Of a DNA stretch of 64,000 nt, positions 38,553 through 53,500 are shown piece after piece. Location: assembly GCA_051362555.1 (NCBI GenBank), contig CM120640.1, positions 17,236,001 to 17,300,000 of the forward strand, written 5' to 3'. The first letter of the stretch is position 1. Each line of letters begins with the position of its first letter. The translations under genes and the position numbers were made by a program. Source of the stretch: Lingula anatina. Taxonomy: Eukaryota > Animalia > Brachiopoda. The notes under the pieces are model-generated. The model had not been told where the DNA came from. It searched no databases and saw only the letters and a program-made list of their open reading frames with translations.

Positions 38553-41500
38553 AGCATTTCTTATTAACTGGGCCAAACAAGATTAAATGAAATTTAAAAA
38601 AATTCTCAGTTTACTAGAATAATAATTATTAATTTTAATGTTTATTTACATGTTGGTTCAATATTTTTACAACATACACTGATTTACACAGTTTGGTGTT
38701 ATGCATTATAATAAAAAACAAAATGTTTAGGCATAAAATGTGCATTATATTATATGATGCTTTTAATTATTAAACTTCAGTGTGAATATACAGGGTTACC
38801 ACTTAATATGGAATATTATTTTTTGGCGAGTAAATTTTCTACAAAATATTTAATTTCTCTCTACCTACTTTAAATCCAAAGCTGAGGTGTCACTCCATGT
38901 GTAACCAGGTGTGTTAACTAATTACCACACAATTCTCGAAAAAATTGATGCATGCAGTTGCATGTTCTGTGGTCAGAAATGTGAGGGGTGGTCTTTTCGG
39001 CAATTTCTGCCCTTGTATAAAAACGCATAGGTTTGGTCAATCTTTGGAGTATGTTTAGAGAAGCAACAAAGGGATCGCTCTGAAACTTGACAGGTACCTT
39101 AGTGAAGATATGGCTCAACAGCTAAGCAACGCAGCTTACTATGGGATTCTTGCTCTCAGAGAAAATGGCCAGAAACGGACAGCCATTGCCAGGTAATTCA
39201 ACATTTATCAGGAACCGTTTGTGAAGTCCTCCAAAGAAATGCTGCAACAGGGGCACCTACTTCAATACCTCGACCAGGGTGTCCGCGTATCACACCAAGA
39301 AGACAGGATCGCCTTCTCCTTAGAGGATGCCGTGCTGGTCGTACAAAGACAACCAGTGTCCTCAGAAAAGAGAGGCAGAATGTCATTCAAACGCCCGTTT
39401 CAAGGTCCCTTGTGAACAAGAGATTACTGCAAACCGGTTATTTTGCACTAAGGCCAGTAGGGAAACCACTGTTAACAGCAGGTCATATACAGCGACGTCT
39501 GCAATGGGCTGGAGACCACGTGCGTTTGCAGCCAAAACACTGGAATCACGTCGTTTTAAGTGATGAGGCCAGATATGGATTTTTTAGGGTTGATCGTCGA
39601 ATCCATGTCCACCGACGTGTACGAGGGGCATAAAACGATGATTGTGTACTGCCTAGGGTGCAAGCAGGGGATGGTAACGTCTCTGTTTGGGGAGCATTTC
39701 ATGTCGGTGCCCAGAACCAGTTGGTTTTTCCAGGAGGCAACCTCATCCAGGATTCCTACAGAGACATTCTACAGCAAACAATGCTTCGATTGGTAAGAGT
39801 CATCTTCAGGAACAACTTTGTGTACCAAGACGACTGCGCAACCCCACATCGAGGCCGCAGAATCACTGTTTTTCTTCAAAACCAATGGGTTCAGCAACTG
39901 CCCTGGCCTGCAAACTCTCCAGATATGAACCCAATTGAAAATCTGTGGGCGGAAGTTACTCACAGAATTAATAGCTATGGTCCTCGGCCGGTAAATAGTG
40001 ATGAACTGCGACAGGCAAATATCACTGCGTGGAATGATATCCCCTCCCAAACTCTAAAAAACGTGTCACGGGGTTTGCCATGTAGGATGAGGGCGCTGCA
40101 AGCGGCTGCTGGAGGTCATACCCGCAATTACTGTCTTTTCATGATTTACTTTAGTGAGTTCTTTGACTGTGTTACATATCACTGTCCGGAGGCTATCACT
40201 TTCTTTAATATCTTATCTTAAAGTTTATACTGACATCAAGCTGTTGATATGGTTTTCTGGGGGTGTTCCTTTCTTTTGAATGGCATCTTATGTCAAATTT
40301 GATATTATTGACCAAAATATATCACAACAGAAGACTGTATGTTATTATCACTCAGTGACATACTTTTTTAATGACTCAAGCCAAATAAAAATTTAATCAG
40401 CACTCAAAAATAACAATGATAAAAATATTCCATATTAAGTAGTAACCCTGTATATGATATTGTACTATATACCAACAGATAAATGAGCTTATTGTTTATA
40501 TTTTATTGTTTTATCTTTCAATGACTATTGAAAAGAATTTTTTTCAAGCAGACCAAAAATACTTACAAGCTTCGTAAGCCTCTGTTGCCAGCTCTTGTGG
40601 ATACAGCTCTCTCTCTATCTGTCCATCATCCTCATCCAAAGCCAGCCAGCGTCCACATTGGAAGTACCATTTTCTACCTAAAGATGGCGCATCAATCTCC
40701 ACACGTTCCAGGAACCAGGCACCACCACCGCCAGCATTATCATGGCCAATTCTGAAATAATAATACAAGGTAAATAAGCTTATGACTTGCAGGTAAAGAT
40801 CAATGCATATCTGCAGTAAAGCAAGTTTTCTTTGTAGATTTTAAATTCTTTGTAGATTTTGAATTCAAAAATACATTAATTTTTTTTCACTACAATACTA
40901 CAGTTTAGATGAAATTTTGTTGCACATGTAACTTTGATTACTCACTTAATTTTCTTCAGTTCTCCAATGTCAACTGCTTCAATTACAAACTCGTCTGTCT
41001 TCCCTCTCTCAAATTTATCTTTGTTGGTTTTGGAGACTTTCAAAAACATTTGTCCTGTGACAAGAAAATAATAAAATATCTTTTAAAAATTAATCTATTC
41101 TTGTTTGCCACAACTTTAAATTGTTTTTTTTTAATCTTTCCATTTGAATAAGTGAAATGTTATACAACACAACACACAAAAATACTCAAGCTTTACCTAA
41201 GTTTGTCACATTTGAAAATTACACAACAAGATAAGTTGGGGGTGGGGTGTTCTGTTTGAGAAAAATACATCTTTTTACCTGTGTCATCTTTCTCTCCATA
41301 GAGTACAACATAAACATTTGCATCTGTGCCAGCACCCCAAACATTGCCTGTCACAACAATCACATGGTATGTTGTCATGGCAGCTGAAAAATAGACAAAA
41401 AACCATAAATGAATAGTAAATTTCAAAATCTTTTGATAAGTACACTGCGTATACATTTTTTAATAAAAGAAAGTAATATGTCAAGTATAACTTTTTATAC

Positions 41501-44500
41501 TAAACTGCTTCAACCATAGTATTAACATGCCCTTTAAAATGGTCATCCCAATACTTCTGATCTCAGCCCTACTAAAATACCATATTAATATACCTTTGGT
41601 CTCCAGTGCAATTTCCTGTCTGACTGCAAATGAGCCCTTCCTGTTCAAGCCCATGAGTTTCTTGTCCACAGGCACCAGGTCCCTAGCGATCTGACCGTCA
41701 TCTTCATCAGTGGCCAACCATCTCTGACAGGGGAAGTAGTAACTAGAGAAGAAAAAATGAAGGGTGTATTATTATCATCCAATAAAATCATACTTTTGAT
41801 ACAGTGCATTTGTCATATGGAAATATAAAGGAAACAATATTCAAATCAAATTCAAAATTCCAATATAGATTAGACCTCTGGTATGTCATTCCCTTTACCA
41901 TCCAACTATCTCAGACTAACAGAAAAGAAAAGGCTGTTGGTAAAAAATTATTTAGTGCCACATTGTTTATATTAAGAAGAAAAAAATTTAGAGAATCTTC
42001 ATTAATCTGTTCCCTGTCAGTACAAACCCTCACCTTCTCTTACTCTTGACATCCTCCACCTCCACACTGTCCAGAAACCAGGCGGCGCCACCACCTTTGT
42101 TGTCATGGCGAATCTTCACCTTTTTCAGTTTGCCAAGATCTATGGCTTTTACAATGAACTCATCCGTCTGGAGAAATAAGGATTGATCTGTTAGATCTGT
42201 TTATTAAAATAGTGACCTCATTCACCAACTGATATTTACACAAGCTCATATAATCTTATTTTTATCATAATTGCTTGTTTATCAACAATATCTCCATGTC
42301 AATTTTATATGAAAAAATACAGATATACAATGTATACTATCAAAATGAACATAAAATGAAACCTGAATCTATGATAAAAGGATTAGCTAAAAAGTCTTTG
42401 ATTGGCATTAAAATTGCACTTACAACATTGCGTTCAAATTTGTTGATATTCTGTGAATCTTTCAGTGCCCTCTCTCCAGTATCACCTTTTTCTCCAGAAA
42501 TGTTGATGAAGACATTGGCATCTGTTCCTGCTCCCATTATGTCTCCTGTGTGGACTTTCACCTTATACTCAATTTCTACAAATAGGAAATAAATTTTTGT
42601 CTGTAATACTGTATATGTAAATAATTGATTCAGTATATTTTCATATTAATTGGTGAATTGATATTATTAGGCACATAAAATGATTAGGCATCCTATGGTA
42701 GGCAACCCAAAATCTAAATTGATATCAAACTACATATTAAGTTAAACACATTAAGTTTTCATCACATTTAACGTTTCATTACAATTTCTTGATGTTTTAC
42801 TGGCCTTTGTTTATTTCATTCAAGTTCAAAAAAGAACTCAAACAAACAAATTCTCTGTCCATATTAAATAACAAGATAATGTGTAGTCATATATAATAAT
42901 AAAATAAAGTTTCCACTAGTCCTTACCCTCCATATCATGCAAGGGTTTTCCCTGTTCATCCGTAGCCATCAATTCTCTCACAATCTGTCCATCATCTTCT
43001 CCTTTAGCAAACCAACGGTTACACAAGAACCAGTAATCTTCTGTCTCATCTACAACATCATCTTTTTGCTCGTCTTCCTCTTCCTCATCTTTATCTTTGT
43101 CCTTCCGCTTAACTTTCTTCTTTGTTTTGGCCTTCTCTGCAAGTTTCTTGTTTCTTTTTGAGGTTTTGGCTGGTGTCCTCTGAATTAGTACCTGAAAAGC
43201 AAACCAAGCAAAGTTATAAATATTATGCTCCCCCTAATATATTTCATCATGCTATTTTGGTTTCTATTCATGTTATATGTACAAAAGAAGGGGGTATTTT
43301 AGATCTGCATCTTTAAAATAATATAAAAACATTGTAAAATGTATAGCTGTTACATGTGTTGATATACATATAAAATACCTTGTCTAAAAACCATCCAGCA
43401 AATGCTCCTGCACCATCATGGCCAATACGAATTTTCACCAGAGGACCAATGTCTGCTGCTTCAATCTGGAATAAGTAAATGAAAATTAAGACACTGAAAT
43501 ACATATAATTGGGTGAAGTCACACCAAATCAACACACATAATGTTTGAAATATCCACAAAGACTAATAGATTAAAAAACTGTAAATTTTGGATAACACTT
43601 GTTCAAAAAGCCATATAGTAACATAGTACAAATATTTATAGATTTAAGCTGGGCCAGTTACTAGAGTGATCTGCTTTTCAGGAAAGAATATATTCTTGAT
43701 AAATTCTTGATAAAAGCTAAAAGATAACTTAAGACAATCTTAGTGTTGATTTGTGTGGAAAGGAGTTTTAAGTTACAGCAACTTATTTAGCTTACTCTTC
43801 AGTCTCTGTCTCAACCAGTCACAATATACAATTATCTTTTGTCACACATCTTTCCCCTGCCTAAAGAAAGTAATCTATTCATTTACACAACTTCTAGCTG
43901 TCACAACTATGTTACCTTGAACTTCTCAATCATGCCCTGTTCAAAATTATTTGTCTTGTTGTCCAGCTTGTATTCCTCTGTCTTCCCTGTCTCTCCATAC
44001 ATTTGCATGAAGACATTGGCATCAGTGCCAGCACCTCTCACATCTCCTGTCCATATTGTCACCTCATAGGGGATTACTGGGTTAATAAAAAATACAAGTA
44101 AACAATGATGAATAGTCTAAGGCATATTTTAAATCTAAACACTTAACAATGCTACATGTATATAAAGAATTAAATTTGATATTCAAATAATTACTTTACA
44201 CTCACATGGACTCTCTTTACAAATCTTAAAAAAATTCTGAATAATAGATTTGGTTCATAAATCAAGAACTACATAAATCAAATAATAATGCATAAGAGAA
44301 AAAATATAGAGCAGAAATTCTAAAATTTGGCATTACTCTAATCAATTTCACCCTACACTTACATGAGTCTCCTTTCCTGGTTTCTGTTGGTTCCAGCTCT
44401 ATTTCAATCTGTCCATCTTCCTCATCTTCAGCTAGCCAGCGATGACATGAGAACTCGTAGTGCTCACCATAGGAAGGCACATCTATATTAACACCATCTA

Positions 44501-47500
44501 GGAACCAGCCTGCGCCAACACCCTGGCCATCATGACCGATACGGATACGCTCAATCTGTGTGTAAAATGTAGAGTATTATATCAGTTTCTGAAGATCATT
44601 TAACATCCAGTTGAGATAATATAACATGTTTCTATATTTTAACTTGACTAATAGAAAAGTAATTTGGTTAAGTCCCATAAAAGCTAAGATTGAAAAAATT
44701 ATTACACATGTACAGTATGCTTTAACAGTTTATGGTGTATTTCTTATCTGATTTAAAATTTTTTTAATATTTCTTTGACTGTATGGAAAAAAATTTAGAT
44801 TATATTCATAATTTTGTTATTTAATTAGATTTATAGAAAGATGGCCTAATGGACTTCATTATTAAGAAAAAAATCACCAATCAGGCAATGGATGGCATAG
44901 AACTTATATGTCATGTACTATATTACCTTTCCAACATACGTGGTCTCCAGCTTGAAAACATCTGTTTTGGCCCTTTCAAATTTATTCTTGTAATTCTCTG
45001 AGGTTTTGAGTTGTAGTTTGCCTGTTTTGTTCTTGGCACCATATATCCAGATGAACACATTAGCATCAGTCCCAGCACCTCGGACATCACCTGTCTTAGT
45101 GTGGATATGATAGGTTGTAGCTAAAAAGATGAATTTTTATCTTTAATAAAAGGCTGTCACTAACTCAGAAATTATTCCATAGTTTCAAGTTAAGCCTGGA
45201 GCTGAAAGAGAAAATCAGATAGGAAAAAAATCATAGTAAATATAATTAACATTTAATTCAATCTATACATTATTTTCTTAAACAGTGAATTTTAGCTAAA
45301 GTTGGGGCATGCCACTGTGCTATAAAAACTAATATATAGATGCTATCCATGGTAGATCATGTTACAGTCAAAACTCTGTTATATTTACACTTTGAGCTGG
45401 CAATTTAATTACTTTTTAAGATTACAAATTAAGTATACTATAATGCACAAACAAGGCTTTAGGTTAATTTCTTTTTCAAATGCTAAAACTTTTACCCTGT
45501 ATTACATGTAGAAAGATGCACATAAAAACAGTATAATATTTGGGCGCTTAATGGATTTGACATGCAAACTTTTCATTTTCATAAAACTTATCTATAAAAT
45601 CAAGGCAGCTGAAAAGGTGGCCATGCATCAAAATTAAGGTTAAGGATTTTTGGGGCATCTTTTGCATATATCATCATCATCACTATCTAATATATAGCTG
45701 ATAACATGCAAAATGAGATAAAGCAGTATTAAGCCTGATTGGTGATTTATGATATAATACCCATCATTATTTGAAGTTAAAATCCTGAAACTAAAAGTGC
45801 AGCACTTTTCATGCCAACCCTCTGAACACTGCAAATTCTGACTGTGTTTCAATCCAAACAAATGGCAAAAACTTACTCATGAAACAACAGTTGTGCATAT
45901 CATTTACAAGCATACATAGTGATTCAAAAATGCTCATTATATGTATCTGATCAGGCATCCAAGGGACTCTGTGCATAAAATACAAATATCTGTGACACAT
46001 ACATCCATACAAGACAAGACATTATAAACAAATGCAATGAGTTTACTAGTAAACTTGTCAGCTGGACCTGTAAGTAATACATATAGTTACATTTCTCAAA
46101 CCATGCACGAATATGTCTCACCATCTTTATCTTCACAGCCTAAAACATGTCATGTGTGCAAACCAATTAGATGTACACTCCTTGTAGTTTAAATTGTATA
46201 AATTTATGTTTTAATTTGGCATAATCATTCAGTAGCTATTCTGTGTGTTAAAAAGTACAGTTGATTAATGACATTAATACAATCAAATGAAACATGGAAA
46301 CCATTCAATTTGGCTAAAAATTACATTTCTCTTTTGATTTTTTATATTTGAATGTTAAAAGTATTGCTGTAATAAATTAGACTTTAAAGTGGAAATAGAA
46401 TATATTATTCACAATCAACAACATATTACATTATTTGATACTCACTTGCAAGCATCTGAGATCCTCCTGCAGTGATCTCTCGCACTATCTGACCATCATC
46501 TTCATCTGAAGCCAGCCACCTAAAACACACATAAATGACTGATACATATATGCACTTATTCTACCCAGATTTCAATTCAACAGTAAATATATATAGACAG
46601 GGGGCCTAATGATCCTCAGTCCACTGACTAAATAAGAAGTAGAACAACGCGTACATATGAACACTGACTGGAAAAGTTTAGTCGAAGAAAAAAATGAGCC
46701 TGTGGCATTAACCACTGGCATGAGGGATCAGACTAATATATTTAGCATCAGACTAGCTAGTAAAAGTTTCTTGAATTAAGGAGATTTAAGCAAGTTTATT
46801 AGATTTTCCATGTTTTTATAGATTTCCTCTTCTAACTAGCAGTTTTTGTTTAACACTATTTATCAGTCTTAAACTTGTACCAGCAACCAATGGACTAAAA
46901 ATTGAAGATATATACTGCAGTCAAATGGTGAATAAATATGACATGGTGGATGCCACACCCATCTTGTCCATTCAGAAATCAACTCACCCAGTTTACTTTA
47001 TCAAGTTTCAAATATCACTGTGTCATGTACAAATAAAATAAGAAAAGTTACACTTACCGATTACATTCAAACACTGTGTCATATTTGTCTGAGCCCTCTT
47101 GTTTGACCACTACTTTGTCTAGAAACCAGCCATCTCCTGCCTGGGAGCCATCATGTCCAATACGAATCTTGGACAACTTTTTCAGTGTTACTGCTTTCAA
47201 TATAAACTCATCCACCTGCAATGGAAAAATTCATTCAAAGCAATTCTATTTAAATTTTGTAATTGCTTAAAACTTATTTATAACTGTGAATCCTTTTTTA
47301 TCTTGTTTTTTATACTAACTTACTAAAGGTGCAAAAATTCTGTTTATGACCTTCTATTTATCTTTTGCATACATATTTCTTTCACTTGGCTCTAAGTGTG
47401 AAAGAGTGTAAAAAAATTACAGAATAAAAATTAGATCTATATAGAGCTCCAGCACTTACATTTCCCCTTTCAAATTTGTTCATGTTTGCTTTTGATTTCT

Positions 47501-50500
47501 TCAGTGGCCTCTCTCCAGTGTCACCAAACTCTCCAAACAGATTTATAAAGACATTGGAATCTGTCCCTGCACCAAACTTTTTGCCTGTGTGCACCTCTAC
47601 ATTGTATGTCACCACTAGATGAAATATGGAGAGAAAATGAAAAAGTTAACATTCCAGAAGCAATGATAATACAATTGTGAAATTTAACTTCTAGCTGATA
47701 TCTTATCATAAAACAACATTGCCAATTTCTTCAAATTTATACCATGTTGACAATAGTTTTACTATATAGTTGAAGGAGTGGAGCATGAAATCTTAAAACT
47801 GCATAAAAATAGTATTCACATTTCTTTCACTAGCTATATCTGACTAATCATTAATCTTTCCAAAAAATGAATAAACAATTTACAATACTGAAACTGTAAA
47901 CCATTGTGTAGTCAAGCTCATATGGATATGTGTTAAACTAAATGCAGTTTCAATCAAATGGTTTTTCTGTAGACTTACATGGCATAGGCTTCTTGATATC
48001 CTCTCCCTCTGCTGGCATCTCTCTTATAATTTCACCATCACCCTCATCCTCAGCCAACCACTGGTCACAGTTGAACACATACTTCTTCTTGGTTTGCATA
48101 TTCTCCAGTTCAACCTTAAATGAAGACAAAAAAGGTCAAATCACATCTTTTGATATTCACTTCAATTGCAGTTATGCCTATTCTTGAAACACTGCCTCAG
48201 ATAAATCATCTGTTTCTGTTACTGTTTAAATAACTAGTACAACATTTAAGACCAATAAGTCCAATATTTAGATCAGGACTAACCAAAGAAGTGTGGTTTA
48301 CTTTAAAAAGTTAACTTAAATATTATCTCCATCATTTTTTACAACTAAGAGCAATGTGGACTCTTATGGAATCTATCAAGAAAATCACTCAATAACTATC
48401 AACACCATTTTTTCATTATACCTTGTTCAAATGCCAGCCAGCAAAAGACCCTTTGCCATCATGGCGTATTCTCATTTTGTATGGCTTGCCCACTTCGTCT
48501 AATTCAATCTTAAACTTGTCCACTTGGCCCTGTTCAAAGTTGTCAGTCTCATTGTCCAGCTTAACTTCATCTGATTTCCCCTTGTCTCCATACAACACCA
48601 TGTAGACATTGGCGTCTGTGCCTGCACCCCGTATGTCACTGGTGTAGATACGTGCAAACCAGGTGTCCTCTGAAAATACAGCAAATAGACAGTGACATTA
48701 ATAAATAATTATTACTTGGTAACCACGTGACAAATGCTTGGCTTCATGTCTTACATACATTGTATAATGCTGAACACACATCACACACATAATAGATAAA
48801 GTAAAATTAACATAAATTTCTACAGTAAGCCCTGAAAAAGTCCATCTCCTTTCTTAAGTTTGGACATATGGATCCAAAGCTGTGACATATTTCCATATAT
48901 AATTTGCAAAATTGATGAAACTTACTCTTCTTCTTTTTCTTCCTGAGAGACTCATGCTCATACAGTGTCCTTTCTATAACACCATCATCTTCATCATCTG
49001 CAAACCACTTTCCACACAGAAAGTGCTGCTCATAGCCTGACAGTGGGCAAATCACAATGACCTAGAGCGCAAACAAAATATCATAAATAAGGCAACCAGA
49101 ATATCTGAATACTGGAAAAGATAGAAAAATACTGTTTTGGATGACTCAAAGCACTTCAAATAGATCTACATACAAAGAAACTCAGAACTAAACCTGTTTT
49201 TGACATCACACTCCGAATAATGTTTCTTTTTTTTATTTTTATTTTTTTTTACTTTAAAGCATTCTCTGGCTTACCTTCTCCAAAAACCACCCAGCTCCAG
49301 ACCCTGAGTTATCATGACCAATGACCAGCTTGGACAGTGGACTCAGCAAGGACAGGACCTCTACATTGAAGATATCAGTCCTTCCTCTCTCAAACTTCCC
49401 ATTCTCCAGCCAGATCTTCCCGCTGGTCTCATTGCCACCCTTCCCTCCAAACATCTCCACATACACCCTGGCAGACGTCCCAGCATGGCGCACATCTCCC
49501 GTTGTTACATGGATTTGATAAGGAATTCCTGGAAGCAAACAAAGAAAAGTGATCATCATAAAAATGAATGAGGACATGCACAAAAATTAAAGTCTATGTA
49601 CCTCCAATGAGTGCGATATTTTTTGACAAATTTTCACTACACATTACACAAGTACTTTCAACAAATATAATAAATCCCACCAATGTTTTCCACAAGGTAA
49701 CTGGGAAATCAAAATTCTAAAAACTGATTGGCTTACAATTAAAAATTAATAACAAAAAAGAATGAATATCTTACCTGGTGTAGGGTCATGTGGGCCAACG
49801 CCCACTAGTAGTTCCCTTGAAATCTGACCATCATCTTCATCTTTGGCCAGCCATCTGTCACAGGGGAATTCATACACTTTACTCTGGTCTAGATCATCTA
49901 CTATAATCTGAAACACAGCAATTATACATACAATATAGATAAAGAAGCTCATCAGGATCCTGTGTTTTCTTGGAATGAATATGAATCATCTTGGCAAATT
50001 CATGACAAACAAATGTCTGCTCCTTAAACTTTTTAAATACAAGCTTACTGTCAGCCATGAAGGTCACCAGCCAACTGCAGAATTTCAAAACATTGTACAC
50101 AATTGATTAGAGAAATAGGCAGTCAACTTATGACAATAACATTGATATGTTAACAAAATAACATATTTAATGCTTTTAAAAATCCCACTAAAATACAGAT
50201 GCTTTCATTTTTTCATCAATTTGATTCTATAAGCAGAAGTTTTATTCTAAATTTTATACTTTGAACAGCTATGGATGGCTGCTGTTGCGAGGGACTGACA
50301 TCATTTTGTTCTCGGGTAGCAAAGAGTGAATGAACCTTAATTATATTGAGTTTGGCGAGACTGTTGAATTTTTTAGATGAGAATGATAAATGTGCCAGAT
50401 GCTGGGTGTGAGTGTTTAGTGTGCCAGGCAAGACTATTATGAATGCTAGATAAGACAGTAGAATGTGTGAGTCACTGAGTGTGCTAGGTGACATAGATGA

Positions 50501-53500
50501 GTGTGCTAAGAAGCTTACCTTATCCAGATACCAGCCTGCCGAGAAGCCCTTATTGTCATGTCCTACTCTCAACCTCTTCAAGGGACCAAGGTTGGGACTT
50601 TCTATTAGAAACTCATCTTTCCTAAATATCAAAAAGAGTATGTTTAATTTTCGAATATTTTGATGCAATCTCATTTACAATACAATTCCTTAACAGATGT
50701 TATGGTATCCTATATTTATTAATCTTCTATTCAGAATGTTCACACTTCTTTCATAAAAAATCAAAGAAAGCAATCAAGTACATGCAGTTATTAATATAGA
50801 ATAATTGACAAAAATATGAATTACAATGCATTCAATAAATACATCAATCCAACAGTATTATGTGTCTCTAAGCAAACCTGTCAACTGGCTTGCTGATAGT
50901 AATTATGGCCACTTACTGTCCTCTTTCAAAGTTATTATTAGAGTTGTCCAATTTTCTCTCTCCAGTGTCTCCACTTTCACCAAACAGGGTCATGTAAACA
51001 TTGGCATCTGTGCCTGCACCTCTTCTGTCTGCTGTGAACACTGTTATTCTGTACTTGTTGGCTACAAAATGGATACAAATGATATAATAACACATAACAT
51101 GACATAGTATAATGTTCAGTGTCATACAGTAAGCATCATAGTTATAGTTTTATTAGTTGTAATAATTATGGATCTTTCTTTTGGAATGAACGTTGTCACA
51201 TTTGGCTGCAGAAGACCTGGGCAACTGTTTCTATCAAGGATTTAAGCCTGTCATTCTCTTTTCCCCATTTAAGTCATCAAACTTCCTCAATTCCCCACCT
51301 CTATCAAAGTTCAAAATGACTACACAAGCAAATACCTTTTCTTATGGCCATGGGGTCCTTACTCCCCATCAAATCTCTTGCTATGAGTCCATCGCCCTCA
51401 TCCTTGGCCAGCCACTGGTTACAGGGGAAGAAATATTTCCACTTGGGATGTTTCTGGTCTGTGACAACAACCTTAAAACAAACAGCACTTTACATATATA
51501 CTGCTACATTTATATGTTCATTTATATGTAAATGCAGAGAGAGAGATAAAAGGAAAACAACTGCTATCTTCATCAAGATAGAAATAAAGCTCAAACCATA
51601 ATTGCTTGTTTATTGCTAATTGGATTAAAATTCTGTAAGCATGCCATCATTATTGCAATGTTACCGATAAATGTGTCATTTCAATGCGATTTCAATGATA
51701 CACCATTAGCTTGATTTTCACTGCAGACACCACATGTCTATATTGATCACGTTATATCCAGTTGCCATGGACACTTACTCTATCCAGAAACCAGCCCGGG
51801 GCACGACCAAGGTTGTCATGTTCTATCCTAAAATAAATTTTAAAAAACTTGGTCAAAACAAAAGACAACACGATAAGTTAGAATCATATTTACTTGATGA
51901 TGATAATAATACATGTTTTCTATTTGTGGTACCAGGCATCAATTTTAGAAGATATCATGAATTCAGATGGCAAGAAATCTGCATTGTCCACAACATAACC
52001 AATTACATTTCTAAAGATAATAAGATTTATTTCATAAAGAAATGTTCCCTCTACCTTATCTTTTCCATGGGCCCAACACAGCTGGTTTTCACATGGAAGA
52101 TATCACTTTGGCTCCTCTCAAAGCAGTCCTTGCTGTTATTTTTCAGTTGTAATTTAGGAGTCACTCCACTCTTGCCATAGATAGTGATATAGACATGAGC
52201 ATCAGTGCCAGCACCCTTACAGTCCCCTGTCACTGTCACTATCTCATATTCTGAAAAACAAAAAACATATGTATTGTTATTATTTACATAGACAGATGCA
52301 CAATTCTTTAAAATCTAATACTGTCGTAAGTTTCTAGTATGATATGTGCCAGTGATGAGGTGAGTTGATAGAATGGGAAAGATATTGAAACTGCTAGTAC
52401 ATAATAATAACTGAATTACACTGTGTGTTAGCAGTGCTGATTTATATCTATACAATCATATATCTCTGTTGCACACATATATTGGGTAGCTAAAGAAAAG
52501 AAATATTACTAATTTCAAATTTCAATAGCTTCAACATAAAGAAATTGCAATGAAATTTGGGATATTTTAAAAATGATGTTTTTAATAAAATTTATGCTGA
52601 AAATTTCATGACTTTTCTTCTTTTACCTTTGGCACACTGAAAAAATTAGGAGTCTAAGTAAAAAAAAAATCCCCTGTTGGCCTATGGGACTTCTGACAGG
52701 TGCAAGTGTCTGTCAGTTTTGACACCTGCCCATCAGTTTTTGATTTGATGATGATATCACAACTGTTTACATTTTAAACAGTTGAAATTTTAAGCGTTGA
52801 CCAAAAATAATGTATAAAAAACTGCAAAATTTCAATTCAAATGTTTGTGAACTGTTGAAGAAATTGAACTTTGAAAAAAGTAACATTTTTTGAGCCACCC
52901 ACTACACGAAAAAAACTTCATATTATAATAAATTCTTTTAAATAAATAAGCAACTGACCAGTCTTTGTGTGCCTCCTTGGGTAAAGTTCCCTGCTGAGTT
53001 GACAGTCAGATTCAAACAGTGACAACCACTGAGAACAGGGGAAGAGCCAGGCTTTCTTGTTAGCAGTGTTCACCACCTCAATTTCTTGCAAAAACCAGCT
53101 ATCTTCTTTGGTCAACCCATCATGCTGGTAAAGAGAGACATTAGAAGTATGTAAATAACAGAGATATTCAAAGTATACTACCCATCTAAATGTAATCTGG
53201 CAATGATTAATCTGGAACTGTCAAATACATTACATGAAAGAGCAAAACCAGAAAAAAGAATTTTATTGAAGTGCTATTATGGTAGTTGTTGTAGAAATCA
53301 TACCTCTATGGAAAGAGACTTGAGATCTCCAATATCTGCACCTTTGATTTTGAAGATATGAGTGGTTCCCTTATTAAACCTGAAAGATACTGCCTTGGTT
53401 TTCTTAACTGACCCTGCCTTCTTGGTGAGTCTGGTTTTAGAAATTTTGCCTTTTGTACCTTTTAACCTGAGATATACCTGAAAGAAATAAATAGATTAAG

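Noticed and set aside
30266-52180. Many plus-strand ORFs overlapping LOXHD1 exons
   Set aside because: These are antisense shadows of PLAT-coding exons.
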